Shown: positions 1 to 13,429 of the stretch, piece by piece
Layout: the number at the start of each line of letters is the position of its first letter
Position numbering within the stretch: the stretch's first letter is position 1
Position numbers and translations under genes: made by a program
Assembly (NCBI GenBank): GCA_976226885.1
Contig: OZ320313.1
Coordinates: 142,972,001-143,036,000, forward strand
Length of the DNA stretch: 64,000 nt
Reading direction: 5' to 3'
From: Iphione sp. A-MEVVRFRX5
Lineage: Eukaryota
Notes under the pieces: generated by a model
Told to the model about the DNA's origin: nothing
Database searches by the model: none
What the model saw: only the letters and a program-made list of their open reading frames with translations

Positions 1-276
1 TAGAAAAAAACACGATGGATGTCGCATAGCTTTGGGATTTACATCTCACTTTCCTACTTGGATAGGTAATACATGTTTTAGGAGATGGTTATGGGGGTAG
101 TATACTGTTTCTCTCATAAATTTTTGTCACTACATCGTGCTCAGTCTGGCTGTACGACTAGACCAAAACAGCGCAAGCTAAACGTCCCAGTAAGCACTGC
201 GCTACTCGTTCACAGTATACTCGTACTGTGCTGAAGTGACAATATTTCACGCCTTTCAAGACAGTTCTATCACAAA

Positions 277-560
277 TTAGGGAAATATAAATATATTTGT
301 TGGGGAAGGACAACTATACGGGTAGGGATTGCAGGAAATACACTTGAAAGACACAACTACAGATACCCTCACGACAATCTGTCGAAACGTTTTGCACCAG
401 TACATCAAATTAGGCAGGTATGGTATGTACACATTTTCTATTTGGCTTAATCCACTTTCAGTCCCATTAAATATACATTTAATGGTCTGCATGTCCCTTG
501 TCAGATTCTCATTGAAACATGGCATACATCTGTTTATACCGCATCATTTGAATACTAATT
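277..560 (-). mobile_element. Probable 3' end relic of a CR1/L2-type LINE ORF2
   Basis: PCFNENLTRDMQTIKCIFNG...YWCKTFRQ resembles the C-terminus of such ORF2 proteins (CP.Y...LLNG.......F...TKRF). By-eye similarity only. Confidence 0.35.
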
Positions 561-1225
561 AACACAGAATGTTCTCTAGGCCTGTAAGTAGTGTATGTAA
601 GTTAATGCCAAAAATTTATACACAGAAAATAAAACCCAAGCTTTGAGGGAAATGAATCCCAAACTTAGAGGCGCTTTTTTCCTAAGAGGTCACAATTAAC
701 CCTTTACAAGGATGATCTGGTTTCATAAAGATTTAAGATACTAGAGAAAGTGAAGAACTTCTCTATTTAAATTTCAGGGCTGTAAGTAGAATGTATTCAG
801 TACTGGTAATGTGAACGTAAAACCTTACGGTCTTAAAAATATGTCGCTTTGGTAATTTCCAGGATATTCCCTGGCATTTTTCCATGTCATTTTACCTACC
901 ATCTAGCACCTTACAATAGAACATACTGCTCAGCAGCCAATTTATCGACAAGAGAGCAAAACGCATCTGAAAGAAAAAAGCTCCTTTCCCTTAACGGCAT
1001 TCTCTCGATGGGTGTTACACTCTGCTCCGTATCCTGTTTTTTGCATTGATACATGTGTGATATTGTCTGAGTCACATGGCTGATTGGAACCTCTCAAATC
1101 GACGCCACAAACGTCACTGACAAGGATTCTGCAGTCGCTGTCCTTAGGTGAAGGTCGCTGACTCCGCCTGTCGGGGAGTGGCCAACACTATCGTCACCAA
1201 CTCCCCCTGCTGTCAAAGTGGGACG

Positions 1226-1823
1226 TCATCTCGTGTCCTGAATGTCTTTGTGGTCACCGTCGGTGTCCTTGTGGTCCTCGTTGTTGGCGCCTGCGCCTTC
1301 CGGGGGCCGGGCGCCCGCCACTCCAGCGCCGGCAGCCGGAGCAGGCCCATCGACGGTGTCCGTGTCCTTCTGGATGTACTTGTAGCCTTCGGGGACGCCC
1401 CCCGGCTGCTGTTCCTGCTGCTGGCGTTGACCTGGCTGCTGCTGCTGCTGACCTGGAGGCAGTTGCTGCTGTTGCTGTTGCTGTTGGTGTGGCGGCGGCG
1501 GTTGCTGTTGCTGCTGCGGAGGCGGCGGGCCGGCCGCCGGTGCGCGCGTCAGGTTGCGGCCCACTTTGGACATGGAGACGATCTCCTGGCTGCGGCGGCG
1601 CCAGTAGTCTTCGTTCTGCTTGATCAGCAGTGTGTTCTCGGACACAAACTTGTCCGCCTCGCCGTACCGGGGCGGGTAGGCATGCGGGTCGTAGCCCAGC
1701 CGCTCCAACATGGGCGCGATGGAGCTGATGTCGCGCTTGACATCCTCCGGGATGGCGCCTACCCACTTAGTAAGGGCCTCCAGGTTGATGGGCTTGATCA
1801 CCTGGTCAGTTGAACGCTCCGTC
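1226..1823 (-). CDS. TPST: Tyrosylprotein sulfotransferase, last coding exon (end of catalytic domain plus Q/P-rich and acidic tail)
   Basis: Acceptor ttgttctcttccgcag|G at 1824/1823. AA from the upstream exon plus G restores [50 protein letters not shown], matching the known TPST sequence [17 protein letters not shown]...APML..LGYDP. TGA at 1228-1226. 830+598 nt = 1428 nt, so the frame is consistent. Confidence 0.93.
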
Positions 1824-4800
1824 CTGCGGAAGAGAACAAAAAGAATGATGATGAAGATGAAGCTCCTCTCGGGTATGAGGACGACAAAGAGAAAACTGCG
1901 CAGAAAACCGAATGCAAGGAAGATGATTATGGACAAAAGCGTTGTAACCGTTTTCACAGTGACACACACCTACACACCAAATAATAACAAAATTCTATCA
2001 TGTCAACAGGGTGACTATTGTGGACTCTGAAAACAAGTCTGACAAATTTGTTCAGCTAGAGAATCACGATAAATTAAATACGTTTATGACAGGCCTGTAA
2101 TGGGTCTTTGAAATAACAGGGCGACCCTGGACGCGAGTGGCTTGAACTAGTTCTAAAAATGTGACCTGAAAGGCAAAGAACACGTCATCAGTTAGTGCTC
2201 CTCCACCTTCCGGCTACCGGTAAAGTCAGTTCCACGCTTTGAAATAAGTCAAATTTGTTCTCTTGATATGACTTTTTATTTAAAGTCCAACAATGAAAAA
2301 AAGAAAACGCGATTAAATGCCTACTGTGATGCTTGTTTAACCAATATATCATATTGTTCTCCGCTATATGGTCAAGGGATGTCCCCCTACTGCCCTACGT
2401 TAGTCCGCAAGCCTGAAACGAGCAGCAGCCTCCGGGGTCAGGTTTGGCAACCTGCCACAAATTGGTCTGCAATAAATTTAATTACAACTTCATAATGCTA
2501 TTACCGATTTCCAAAGGAGTTTCACAAAAAGATTCTTGGTATTCAGAATCAGGTTACACGAGTCCCTCCGCTTTGGATATTACCTTCGATCGGAAGATGA
2601 CGGATATTGCGATTATCACGAAGGGAAGGTGTTTATTTTTCCTTTTATGTACGCCAAGATAAAAACGTGAAAAACTGCATGTCCGACGGAAACAGATATC
2701 TGTCACACTTTCACAGGGGTTACATGCACTGGCGATGCAACAAATTGTACCGACGTCAGTCTGTTGTGAAGGGTTCATAAGGGGGTGCAAGGGACATGGA
2801 ACCAATTCCAAATTTGACACGTTATTACACACCTCTCCAGAGAAATAATGACGATTTGCACTGTGCTAAGCATCGTTTAGCATAGCTAAGTCTTTATCAT
2901 AACTATGCCAATGTATAGATTTTGCAGTGTTTCTGCCACTACTGACTTCTGATCGCCGATCACCCTCAATTTTTAGAAAAGGTGATCAACACCCAGCAGA
3001 TACTGTAGAAATAATATCACAGAATAAAAGATAATGGATGAGCAACAAATATTGCCATTCATGTTAAATGAATTATACTGGCTACTCGCGAAATGAACAT
3101 CAATTTCATGCTAGGGATATTTTAGAGACCTTTATGCTGGATAAGAATTATCTGAAAACAACGAAGTGGAGTTGTAAGGGGAGGAGGAAAGGCTACGAGG
3201 CAGAGGGGGCTGTTTTCTTTCTTACTTTTCCTAGCGGAAAGTCCTATTGTGAGTGTGCACCACCTCATTACTCCTGTTACGACCATGGTATACTGTTCAT
3301 AGAGGGAAGCGCTCGTCGAATGTAGGTTAAATTGATTTACTTTACTCCGGTATATATACAGCTTCCCATTTCACACTAAATAAGGGAGGGTCATATATCC
3401 AAAACCCTTAAAGTGATTTCACGGACCACACAGGACGTATTAGCTAAGATAAGATACTGCCATGGCTCACCATGTCAAGTGTTCAAGTATCTCAAGGGAA
3501 ATGACAGCAGGCAGCAGTTCACGGCTGTAGGCCAGAGACAACCCTAGATGTATGGAGAAGTGGCACTTGATCCCTTAGAGGTATACATCATACTTTCTAA
3601 TGAAAAACCTAGGTAGAGATATAGAAACAGGGATGTAATCAAGCAAAGGCCCGCACGCAGCCAAATAGAAACCAGGACAAACAAGAACGAGTGGACAGCA
3701 GCAAAGAGTTAGACATGGAGATAGAGAGACAGATGAATGAGGATAGGGATAGACTGTGCTGGCTCGGTCAGTATAACATCTTTAATTTCATGAGCTGGCA
3801 CATAAAGTTAAAACGAAGAGAGGAACCAAAAGCCCAAGTCAAACACATGGCGAGATACAGAGAAAGGTAAACAAAACGATACATGCCCAGATAGTTACCC
3901 ATTGTTAAAAAGACCGATCGACTTATGAAGAGACCGACAGGCATATCAGGAACAGTAACTAGGCAGAAAAAAATGAGTGGAGCCTTTTTCACGGAGACTA
4001 AAGATGATCAAGTAAAACATCTCGGCTGTGCCAATCTATTACACACATAACTAGCCCGGCTCCAGATATCTCATTACAGGAGACAATTTCCGCCGTGCTT
4101 CGCTGTGAAGTGCACCACAGGCGACGGTTTTCCCTCCTTATTTCCCCTTTTTCTCCCCTGCTGATGTCAGTGGTGAATGACTTGGCACGTCGGCGGCGCG
4201 TGCTACCCAACATTCCCTGACTTCCAACTAATACACACGGCCAGCTCGACAAGCGTTCGCCCGAGGAAGAGGACAGTTTCCCTATACCACATCCACGGCC
4301 AAAGCGTCCCATGTTCCGGAAACAGGGACACCACGGCAGCGGCGGGCAAATAGAGCCGGTCCTAAGCAAGGTGGGTGGGTTGGTGGGTGCGGTGGGTTAC
4401 AACACAGTGACTTAATATTGTGTGGGTCGGTTTTAGTGAAAACGAACATCGATATGAGGGTCATTGGAAGGCGATGAAATGGACATCTGCTCTTTAGGAT
4501 GGCTGGACGATCATTACCGCTCGAAATACTTTTACATCGTCTCAAAGTATGGTACGGTCTTAACTATAACTCACGCTGTTTGCATACGTTAATACGAACA
4601 CAATTCGTAAGGAGAAGAACTAAGAATTTAACTGGGGTAAGTGTTTCTCCTCATCGTTTATCTGTAATTGCATGCACGAATACTAGTCAACCCTTGTTTA
4701 CCCGGACCCCTGCACCGGAATCTCAGTTTACGGAACAAATAAACACAGTCTAATGTCACAATTCAGAGTAACACACCCCGAACAAGCAGATTCCCGCGTC

Positions 4801-5358
4801 ATGCAGAATAAAACCGTCGCAACGAAAAATTCCTATTGATAGGGATAGACTGCATAGAGGTGGAGCTTGAGACTAGAATGACCATGTCTATATGCAGGCG
4901 ATGCCAGAACTCCTCCTTGGGAGTGCCCTTCTGCGGATACATGTAATAGGCTTGTCACATTTCCTATTATCCTGTCATACTATGTAACGGCGAGAAGTGG
5001 AAGGTTACATATGGCGGTGCTGAAGCGTTCTGGTCAGGATGGATTCCACCGCAATGCCACTCGATAATAGAACATATGGTGCAAGAGGCTGATGGTCCAG
5101 CCTGACTTTGGCTCAAGCCTCTCGGATTCAGCTAGTTTGATCTGCTCTTACGGACGGCCACCCGCCAGTTACCTAATCCTTTCAGGCTTAGTTCAACTAA
5201 TTGAGTTCTGATGCAAAAAAGGAGGTAGGCACAGAGATGGGAATAGACAGAATGGATACGAAGGGACAGAATATGACCGGGGATTGACATTCTTTCATTA
5301 AGTGAATTCAATATTGCAGCAGGGCGATAAATGTGAAATAAACAATTACATATATGTG

Positions 5359-5416
5359 TACATACATACATACATACATACATACATACATACATACATA
5401 CATACATACATACATA
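5359..5416. repeat. (TACA)n microsatellite, about 14 units
   Basis: Directly visible. Confidence 0.97.
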
Positions 5417-6138
5417 AGACTTATGTACATATATACATAAATGAATGTAAAAATACACGATGTGCACAAATGCATGTACATGTATTCGGGGGGTGGGTGG
5501 TATTTGGGACAGACAGTCCATAAAACAGAGAGGCAGGGGCTGGGAGATATGTAGAATGACAGACACATTGACACATAGTGATAATTTGACGAGTAAAAGC
5601 TAGGATGGAAGTGAAAAGGAAATATATGAAGAGCAGAGATCACCGAGGGACGAGCAGGGGCACCGACGCTGGTACCGAGTAGGCGGACGTGTCAAGCACC
5701 GACTACTGCTTTGATCTTAGGCCTGGCGCGTCCGCATCGACGCACTAATGGTACCAGGGCCTACTTACCCTAAGTGTCTGCTGGAGAGGGTAGATCTCCA
5801 CCCAAGGGCAAACCATCACTAGCAGGAAGGGCCTTAATGGGAGCAGGCGCGTCTAACTCGAGATTGGGAATTCGGCGGCCGGGAATCCAACCCCGAATGA
5901 CTTTGATTTTCTCCGGCGGGCCAAACATATGGACTTATATCTGCAGCGGGATCACAAGGTGTACCAGGCACCATTGAAACGATATGGGTTCACCTTGATT
6001 TCAGGTAGCAGAACCTCGATAAACTGGCTGCGATCGTACACACGGTTTGGACAGAGGAAAAGGGAGACATTTAATTATTTCTTCGGCGTATGTGTAAACT
6101 GTTACGCTGATACCACATAAAAACGGCCTTAACAGTAA

Positions 6139-6498
6139 GGCCAATAAAAATAATAGGTGTGTTTCTGGTAACAACCAGCCAAAAACCTAGGTAGGGAGGG
6201 AGGGGGGTATCTTTTCTTTTTAGATTTTTTTCCAGTTTCTTTCTCTGGTTTTCAATAATAATAAAGACAATATCAAGAATTCTGACCGATCTGTATAAGT
6301 TTTATAGTTTTTTTTGTGAATTTCCATGGATTTTGTTGTTTTCTACTGAATTTACAAAAAAAAACCTGTGTCGTGAAAACACATATCTAAGGAAATTCAG
6401 CCTTGGAAACTCTTTGGGGCCAAAACATTTTTAGGTGGGGTGAGATTTTACTAGGTAGGGGTGGGTTACCAGAAACACACCTATTATTTTTTTGGGCC
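6139..6498. mobile_element. PIF/Harbinger-type MITE, 360 bp
   Basis: Long near-perfect TIRs: GGCCAATAAAAAATAATAGGTGTGTTTCTGGTAAC on the left and GTTACCAGAAACACACCTATTATTTTTTTGGGCC on the right. TAA flanks both ends (6136-6138, 6499-6501). A 3-bp TAA/TTA duplication with GGC-starting TIRs is the Harbinger signature. No ORF. Confidence 0.85.
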
Positions 6499-6850
6499 TA
6501 ACTAAGTACATAGAGTCATCAGGTTAACTGATGTTGTTACACAGATGTCTGCAGCCGAGTTGGCATACTGAAATTTTATACAAGAATTCAACAAAAGTGT
6601 ATTATATACTTTTAAATCCTCATAACGCTTTCACTAGTGGTACACAGTGATAATGTGATGACACTCAAATGAAACCAAGTTAAAGACCACATGACAGGAA
6701 AGACAAAACCACAGAGACCAATATTTTCCAGACTAAACTTTTCTATCACTATATCTACGGTAGATATTCTAGATAATGAGACCAAACCATGAGTACGACC
6801 AAAATTAGTTAGTCCCAAGCTTGGTTTTCTAAGCATGTCTAAACTGTATA

Positions 6851-9174
6851 CAGTCGTGACGTGCTAATTCGAGACTCAACCAACAGATTACCACATTAAC
6901 CATATGTGAATAGGAGGACCAATGCATTTTCATTATAAAACATACTATTTAATCGGATATAATTATCCATAACCCTATTATATTTCAAAGCATTTTTAGC
7001 TAATTCATAATGGAAATAAAGATGTTTGACTGGACACAGATGTCAAAGTGACTTATCAGTGGGGTGTAGCATACAAAGCGTCAAGCTGAGGGTGGGGGAT
7101 TTCTTTGATACCCCAGTTATTAGAGCTGACTACCGCAACTTCATAACCACTCAGACAACAGAAGCAGCCCATTGGTGGTGGAGAGTGTCTCTGCATTCGT
7201 AATCAAAGTAATAATCTTCGGACTACTTCAGAGTAATATGGTGTGTCTTGTTAACAAAGGATTCATGTTTCAGTGCACAGAGGAGGGATAAATGCCATTG
7301 AAGTCCTGCCGTCATTGTGATGTGTGGTAAGCACGTGGGGTCACTGGAGCATCTGAGGGATGATATAAGCTGGACCATGCTAGCAATATTTATCATTTGT
7401 TCTCCTGCTTTTATGATGTCTCAGTCAATCCCCAAAAGATGTAAGATATGCACAATCAACATACTGAAGAAAGAGTTATGTGAAAATAAGGTGGCCCACC
7501 CAACCTCATCGCAGTCTGCCTTGATGCAGACGTTTTCATCAAAGTGAGGTTTTGCTGTTCCAAGATCAACCACATCTGACATCCCGGAGAGGTCCAATCA
7601 TTGGTTGTCCATTGGAACAGAAGATGGCAAGTTCTGCTAAGTAGTTTTCATACAGTTGTGGATGGGTATGCTGATCCAAAGAGTGGGATAACATCAAACC
7701 TTACAGACAACACAGGGAGGCCACCAGTGTCAATGTCCATGTTGTCTCTGAAGGCTGAGCCAAGTTGCACCAAGAGCTGAAAGAGTACGACCCAGAGAAT
7801 GTCTACTGTGTGAAGGAGACTGGATTGTTTTATAAGCTCAAGCCAACATGTCCTCTCTCTACTGGACCTGTGAAGGGGTAGAAGAAGTCAAAGGACAGAA
7901 TTACAGTGGCCCTACGCTGTAATTCAACAGGGACTGACATATTAAAGCCTTTCCTGATAGGAAAGCCAGCAAGATCTAGGTGCTTTGAGAAGACTTTTGA
8001 CCCTAGAATGTATGTCCATTACAGGCATAATGAGAAGGCCTGGATGACTTACCTCCTGTGGGGAAAGTTCCTCCAGATGATGAACACTAGGGCCAGAAAC
8101 TGGGTAGACACTACATCCTCCTGTGTAATAATGCTGGCAGCCATAGATCATCTCAGGGGTTCAGCAACATCCCCCTGAAGTACCTGCTTCGTGACATCAC
8201 TTCCCACATCCAGCCTCTGGATGCTGGGATCATTGCTCCCTTCTAGGCCCAGTATAGGAGGAGGCTGGTCACACATTTCCTGGGGTAGGACAAGCCCATG
8301 ACTGCTAATCTTGGCATGGCCATCCTCATGGTGCATGAGGCTTGGCAGCCACTCAGCTCTGCCACCATCCAGAATTGCTGGAGGCATGTGGACATCCTCC
8401 CTGGGATACCCGGACCTGTGGAGGATGGGAAGGAGTAGGAGGACATGCCCCTATCCAAACTGCAGACCCTTCTCCAGTCACTGCTATCTGAGGATTGTCA
8501 GGTCCTGATATGAGCCCAGGAATACACAGAGGTGGACTCCACTGTAAAGACCTCAGGGGAACTCACCAATGATGCACTGCTGTGACTGATGACAGGCCCT
8601 GTGGTGAGGCAGGATGCTGAGGATGTGCAGGACACAGAGGAAATGCCACAACCTCCTGTCACCATGAAGGAGGTCACCAGATCAGTGGAGCTTCTAGTGA
8701 GGTATTGTGGGGACAATGACAATGTAGAGTCAGTCTACTTCCATTGTGTACTCCCACATAAGGCCCTGATCTCACAGAGGAGTAGTAGACACATGCTCAT
8801 TAAAGACTTCTTCAATTCTAATTAATATCACTTTTGTTTCTGTTTTCACTTTTGTGCTATGTTTAGACCTTAATACATGACTTCTGAACCTTTTAGAACT
8901 GATTGGATTCTACTTTGTTAATCTTCCCTAAAAATATTTTCATTCTGATAATTTACTGATACTTTACTACTGTGTCACTTTTCCCCACCAGGAGATGCAA
9001 GTGTGCTTGACTTTACATAGGAATATGTTAATTCTGATTATTCACCCATACTTTACTTTTATGCACGACTTCCCCACCGGGAGATGCATGTGTGCTCGAT
9101 TCAACAACTGGATTATCTGTTATCTGGATAATTTTGGCAGGAACAGCGGTTGTCTGGTTAATGAGTCACAACTG
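6851..9174 (+). mobile_element. Degenerate pogo/Tigger-family (CENP-B-like DDE) DNA transposon, about 2.3 kb
   Basis: Frameshifted, stop-containing transposase at about 7640-8830: ELKEYDPENVYCVKETGLFYKL, KKSKDRITVALRCNSTGTD, KPFLIGK...RCF, YRHNEKAWMT, HIQPLDAGIIAPF, AWQPLSSATIQNCW. Imperfect TIRs TA|CAGTCGTGACGTGCTAA (6851) and TTAATGAGTCACAACTG (ends 9174). A ~30-bp subterminal direct repeat occurs at 8981 and 9070. Confidence 0.8.
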
Positions 9175-10099
9175 ATGTAAATGTAAAAGGCAGAAACTAT
9201 GATATGTTGAACGCATCTAAGGAGCAAATCTGTGTCTAGAATAAATCATTGTTCATTAGAATCGAGAGTCATTGGTGCAGCGGGAGGATAACGACAAATA
9301 CACAAAATGCATTTATATAAGACAGGTGAATGATTAATATACAAACAGTTCATCTCGTTGAACTGAGTACGTCCAGAATTACATAATGCCGGCACTTTGA
9401 AGACATTATGTAAATCTGTCCTATTTGTGGGATTGTCACAACCTAACTGTGACGTTACAAAGTACAACAGACATCGCAAAAAACACACATTTGTGTGGTG
9501 TATTTGAATCATCTGGAGATTACGTTGCTATGGAGACGGGTGGTCATATGGGTATGCGCAGGCGCCGGTTTGACACCTCGATGTTTCTCAAATGGCCAGT
9601 GTATGGTGCTGAAGCAGTAATAAAAGCGGTAACCAGGTTAGGCGGTGGAGCCTACCGTGCATGTCAATGAAGCCAAAGAACTACGCCAATCCCTAGTAGG
9701 TGGGCCGCAGAACCCACCGATATATGTGGGGGTAAACATGCGCATGACGGTGAGAAGCAGTTCGTCCTCCACTGAGTTATTCGTATATTTTATATTCAGC
9801 GTCCTGGTGTGCATATCCTTAGCGAACTATCTATCTGCAAGTCTGTCTGTTCGTCTCTCCATTTCTTTCTCCCTCCTCCTATTACTTCACCAATGTCTTT
9901 CCTTCATCCGTCTTCCATTTTACGGTGGACGTTCATTCTTTACAAATACATATAAACGAAGATACTGCCTGAAACAATGGGCAGTTTATTACAGTAAAGA
10001 CACTTTGATCTAATCAATTCTCGAAAAATGTGCTTAACTCTGCATGGGCTGACATGGCTCTGACATCTCGCTTCATAAATGTATTATTTGCTTCCCGAG

Positions 10100-10500
10100 T
10101 ACTCACGCACTGAGGAAACAGAGAGATGCAACGACAATATATTAACATGCCCAACTGCTTGAGCGGATGTCCTGGCACGGCAAGACCTGACTTCCTGTAT
10201 CCGCCATGAGGGAATCCTGGCACGTGACCTACAGTCCCGTGACCTCCGGTGGCCCAGGAGACCTTGTGAACGACCACCAGGGGGGCTTTCAGCGATCGCT
10301 TAAGGAGGTCGGCAGGGGATGTGAATAGCGTTTGGAATGTCGATGAAGCCTTTGCACCACACCATGCTAGGGAACTTTCGTGGAACTCGTGGGTCAACTC
10401 AAGCTAATCTCATATTTTTCATGCAAGAATTCTCCTCCATCCCCTCAAGCCAAGTTTCTGTCCTGATATCTTATCCAATCAAGAAATCGACTGCAATCAA
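10100..10500 (-). mobile_element. Possible LINE APE-endonuclease relic
   Basis: One minus frame gives TETWL ... IPCRPP ... GHVNI, in the order of the APE motifs ETWL, YRPP, GDFN. Very degenerate. Confidence 0.25.
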
Positions 10501-12302
10501 TTCAAGCTTTAGAAGCCGTCTTCTGTGACTGCGTAACCAAGACAAGATGCACATCATTAACTGCCTGAAGAAATAGTATGCTATTTGAGACGTAACAGGT
10601 GTCGCAATTTGTTCAGTAGCAGATATGGGTGGCGTCAATTAAACATTGTTGAAATCAAGGATCAGAATAAGAGCAATGTCTTGTATACATACAATGATAT
10701 GCTTTACCACAGGTTATGCGACGGGGAAATACATCCTTGAAATTCTCTTATTCTGGGACATGGTTTTCTGTGTTTCTGTGAACATAGCTTGTCACACTGT
10801 TCACACGTCCGAAATACGATATTCGGAGGTCCTCGAGCAGGTAAAGGAGTAGCACTATTAATGTTTAAGATATAGCGAAAATCCTAAAACAAAACGGACG
10901 TAATTGGCAACAAAACTGAATACATGGTAAACGCAAAAGCTTACGGATGACAAGATCCGCAACTCGAGGAAATATTGAATTCTTCCATACAAGGAGGACG
11001 CCTATTTCATGTTTAAGTTATCCACAAGCCCTGTAACGAAAAATTGGAAAATGGAAAGGACAATAAAAAAAAGACATTAACTAGCAGAAAAACCAGTATG
11101 AAAGGTACTGCGAGCCTCTGTAGCTTAAAAGGTTTCTCCCGTTCTTTTCCCACTACTTTCATGTTGAACTGGAATGGTTTCAGAGTTCTAGTCTTTAAGA
11201 AGGACGTCATCATTGGCACTGATGCAAAAACTGAAAACTAAGCTTCGTCGGAGAGTGATGGGAAAAAAACAACCATCGGAAGCGGAGAATGCTAAGACTG
11301 GCGAAAGGCTGCACGTGAAGGGAGCCGATGTTCGCTGAGCAGGAAGCGAGTGGTAAGCTGGGGTAATCTGGAGCTGACACTCTAAGTGAGCGACGGGATC
11401 TGAGCCCAGATACCCGGCCGCACTTAACGTCAGCGGGTGTAAGCTCTTCACCATGGCTCCAGATCGCCCTCTGGTGACAAGAGCGGACGTGGATGGCCTT
11501 GGCAGCAAAGGCCATTTAACTCCCCCCCCCCCTATTACCCGTTTACGTACAAAGGTGGCCTGCCAGATTGAACAGTGAATATAGCTTTGCCAAAGTTGCA
11601 ACTTGGGAAAATGTTAAAGCAGCCTTACTGGAGAATTCCTTCCGAGCAGGCAGTATATATATGGCTCAGCTGATATCCAGCTTGATGTGCCTTTGTGTCC
11701 ATTACAGCACAAGATGGACGCCACGTAGTCTAGAGAATAACGTCTAAAAAAGTTGGAAAGGATGTGGTCATGAGTCAATACTAAATTGTATACATTCACT
11801 TTGTAAAACATATGCTGCATCATTAGGTATGAAAATGAAGGCTTTGGTTCTTACAGGGGACATGTTCCTGAGTTTCATCAGCTTTCGTGTGCACTAAACC
11901 CCGCTAAGCATATTTAGGGGTACTGATAATGCTACTCAGAAAGAATGCCTATTCATCTTGATTAACTTGATTACCTGCTCCTGAGTCCCGAACCTTTGGA
12001 TTATTGGACCATTTACCTCTTTGCATGGTAACTGATGGGGTGGGGTGGGGGGTAGATAAATTCACGATGGAACGCTAGCGATCTGATTTAAAGGTTAGAG
12101 GTTCGGTGTCTCCATACGGTGGTATGGTTGTGATTTGGAGACTATTTTGCTTTCAATAGAATTTGTCCTTATTGAAAACTAGAGCGGCCGGCATCATTTC
12201 AGTGGCAGCACCCACAATCTTGCGGCGGGGGGGGGGAGTCATCATTTACCCGATAGCTTCAGAGAGAACCATACCTGTCTTCTCAGTGAACAGAACACCA
12301 TA

Positions 12303-12478
12303 CAGTACAGCCTCTCTTAGGAGACCGCGCTTTAGACTGGCTGATTTTGGTCTCTTCCGAGAGGTGGTCTCCCGTGAAGCACTCTTCTTTTAAGATGGGG
12401 TTTGTTGTTATGGCCAAACTTGGTCTCTCCCCAGAGGTGGTCTCCCATCTGAAATGGTCTTTAACAGAGTCTCTACTG
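12303..12478. mobile_element. Tc1/mariner-pogo-type MITE, 176 bp
   Basis: TA|CAGTACAGCCTCTCTTAGGAGACC ... GGTCTTTAACAGAGTCTCTACTG|TA. CAGTA-starting imperfect TIRs, TA duplication, and internal GAGGTGGTCTCCC repeats. Confidence 0.7.
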
Positions 12479-13429
12479 TATATGCTGACCTATGCTGCAA
12501 CACAAACAATCCAAAGACGCGGCCGTAATCTTTAAACCATCTAAGTACGTGCGTACACATATACACGTGAATATATAAATATATATTCGCAGTCTACTTT
12601 TCTCTATCGTCAACCCTAAATAACAGACAAAATTTCTGGAATAATGGGTACGGGTACAGAATCGATCAACAGGAACTGAGACCGTCCCTCTCACCCTAAG
12701 GGTGACGTGCATCTGGGGCTTCCCGGAGAGCTATACTATTCAGCTCGTAGTCAGCAGGAAACTGCCCGTCATATGCTTCCGCCGGAAATTCATGACTTTA
12801 ATGGAATCCTCCTCGGTGCATGTCATTGTCACGTCAGCGGAAATAGAAGAATTTGATTGCATCTTCACCAAGAAGAATCGGAAATTGGCTTGACACTTAC
12901 AACATAACATGCATGACAGTCTGTTCCTGGGGTCAACAATGAAATGGCGGGCAAGCCTTTCGACAATCTAAGAAGACAACCGCATTCAAATACATGTACA
13001 AGAGGGGATTTTGTGAGTTTGACAAACCTGCTCTTTGGCAGCCTACTGAGTTATTATTTTTTTATTGTTCACTGAAATGTCGTCTTTGATAGATCCATCG
13101 GTCTATTTGTTGGACAATCAGGTCTCATTTCATTGTCTCCTTTCAGACATTTACTGACGATACAGATTTCTTATCCGCGTGTTACTTAACAGGATCTTCT
13201 GCATGTACTTTAACAATACATTTCCAAGTGATACGAAATACTATAATGCATAACCTGTATCCTTCCTCTATATCTGCAATACACATGTATCCAGCAGCTG
13301 TATTTCAAACCGTCTATCTTATCTCTATTTCAAAACCATCTTATACAAACCCACTTTGCTTTATACTATTTGCAAACAAGGTACATCAATTGGTCCTGAT
13401 TCGCCATTTCTGTATACATGTATTACAGG

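Noticed and set aside
1824-1969. Hydrophobic, signal-anchor-like N-terminus of the 247-aa ORF 1226-1969
   Set aside because: It starts at GTG with no ATG and is the translation of the T-rich intron end upstream of a canonical acceptor. The phase-2 splice explains the exon fully.
1148-2030. Plus-strand ORFs 1148-1813 and 1710-2030, and alternate-frame ORF 1254-1766
   Set aside because: Shadow ORFs of the GC-rich TPST exon. Their poly-Leu stretches are simply the antisense of the CAG repeats.
4404-6680. CACAGTG heptamers (4404, 6643) as RSS or ProtoRAG/Transib ends
   Set aside because: No nonamer at 12 or 23 spacing, no paired inverted end, and no RAG-like coding remnants.
11860-11895. Hammerhead-like CTGATGA and GAAA words (also at 2186, 17632, 22727, 27504, 38436)
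   Set aside because: None has the order and stems needed (CUGANGA-stem II-GAAA-stem III-UH). At 11.9 kb CGAAA directly precedes CTGATGA with no room for stems.
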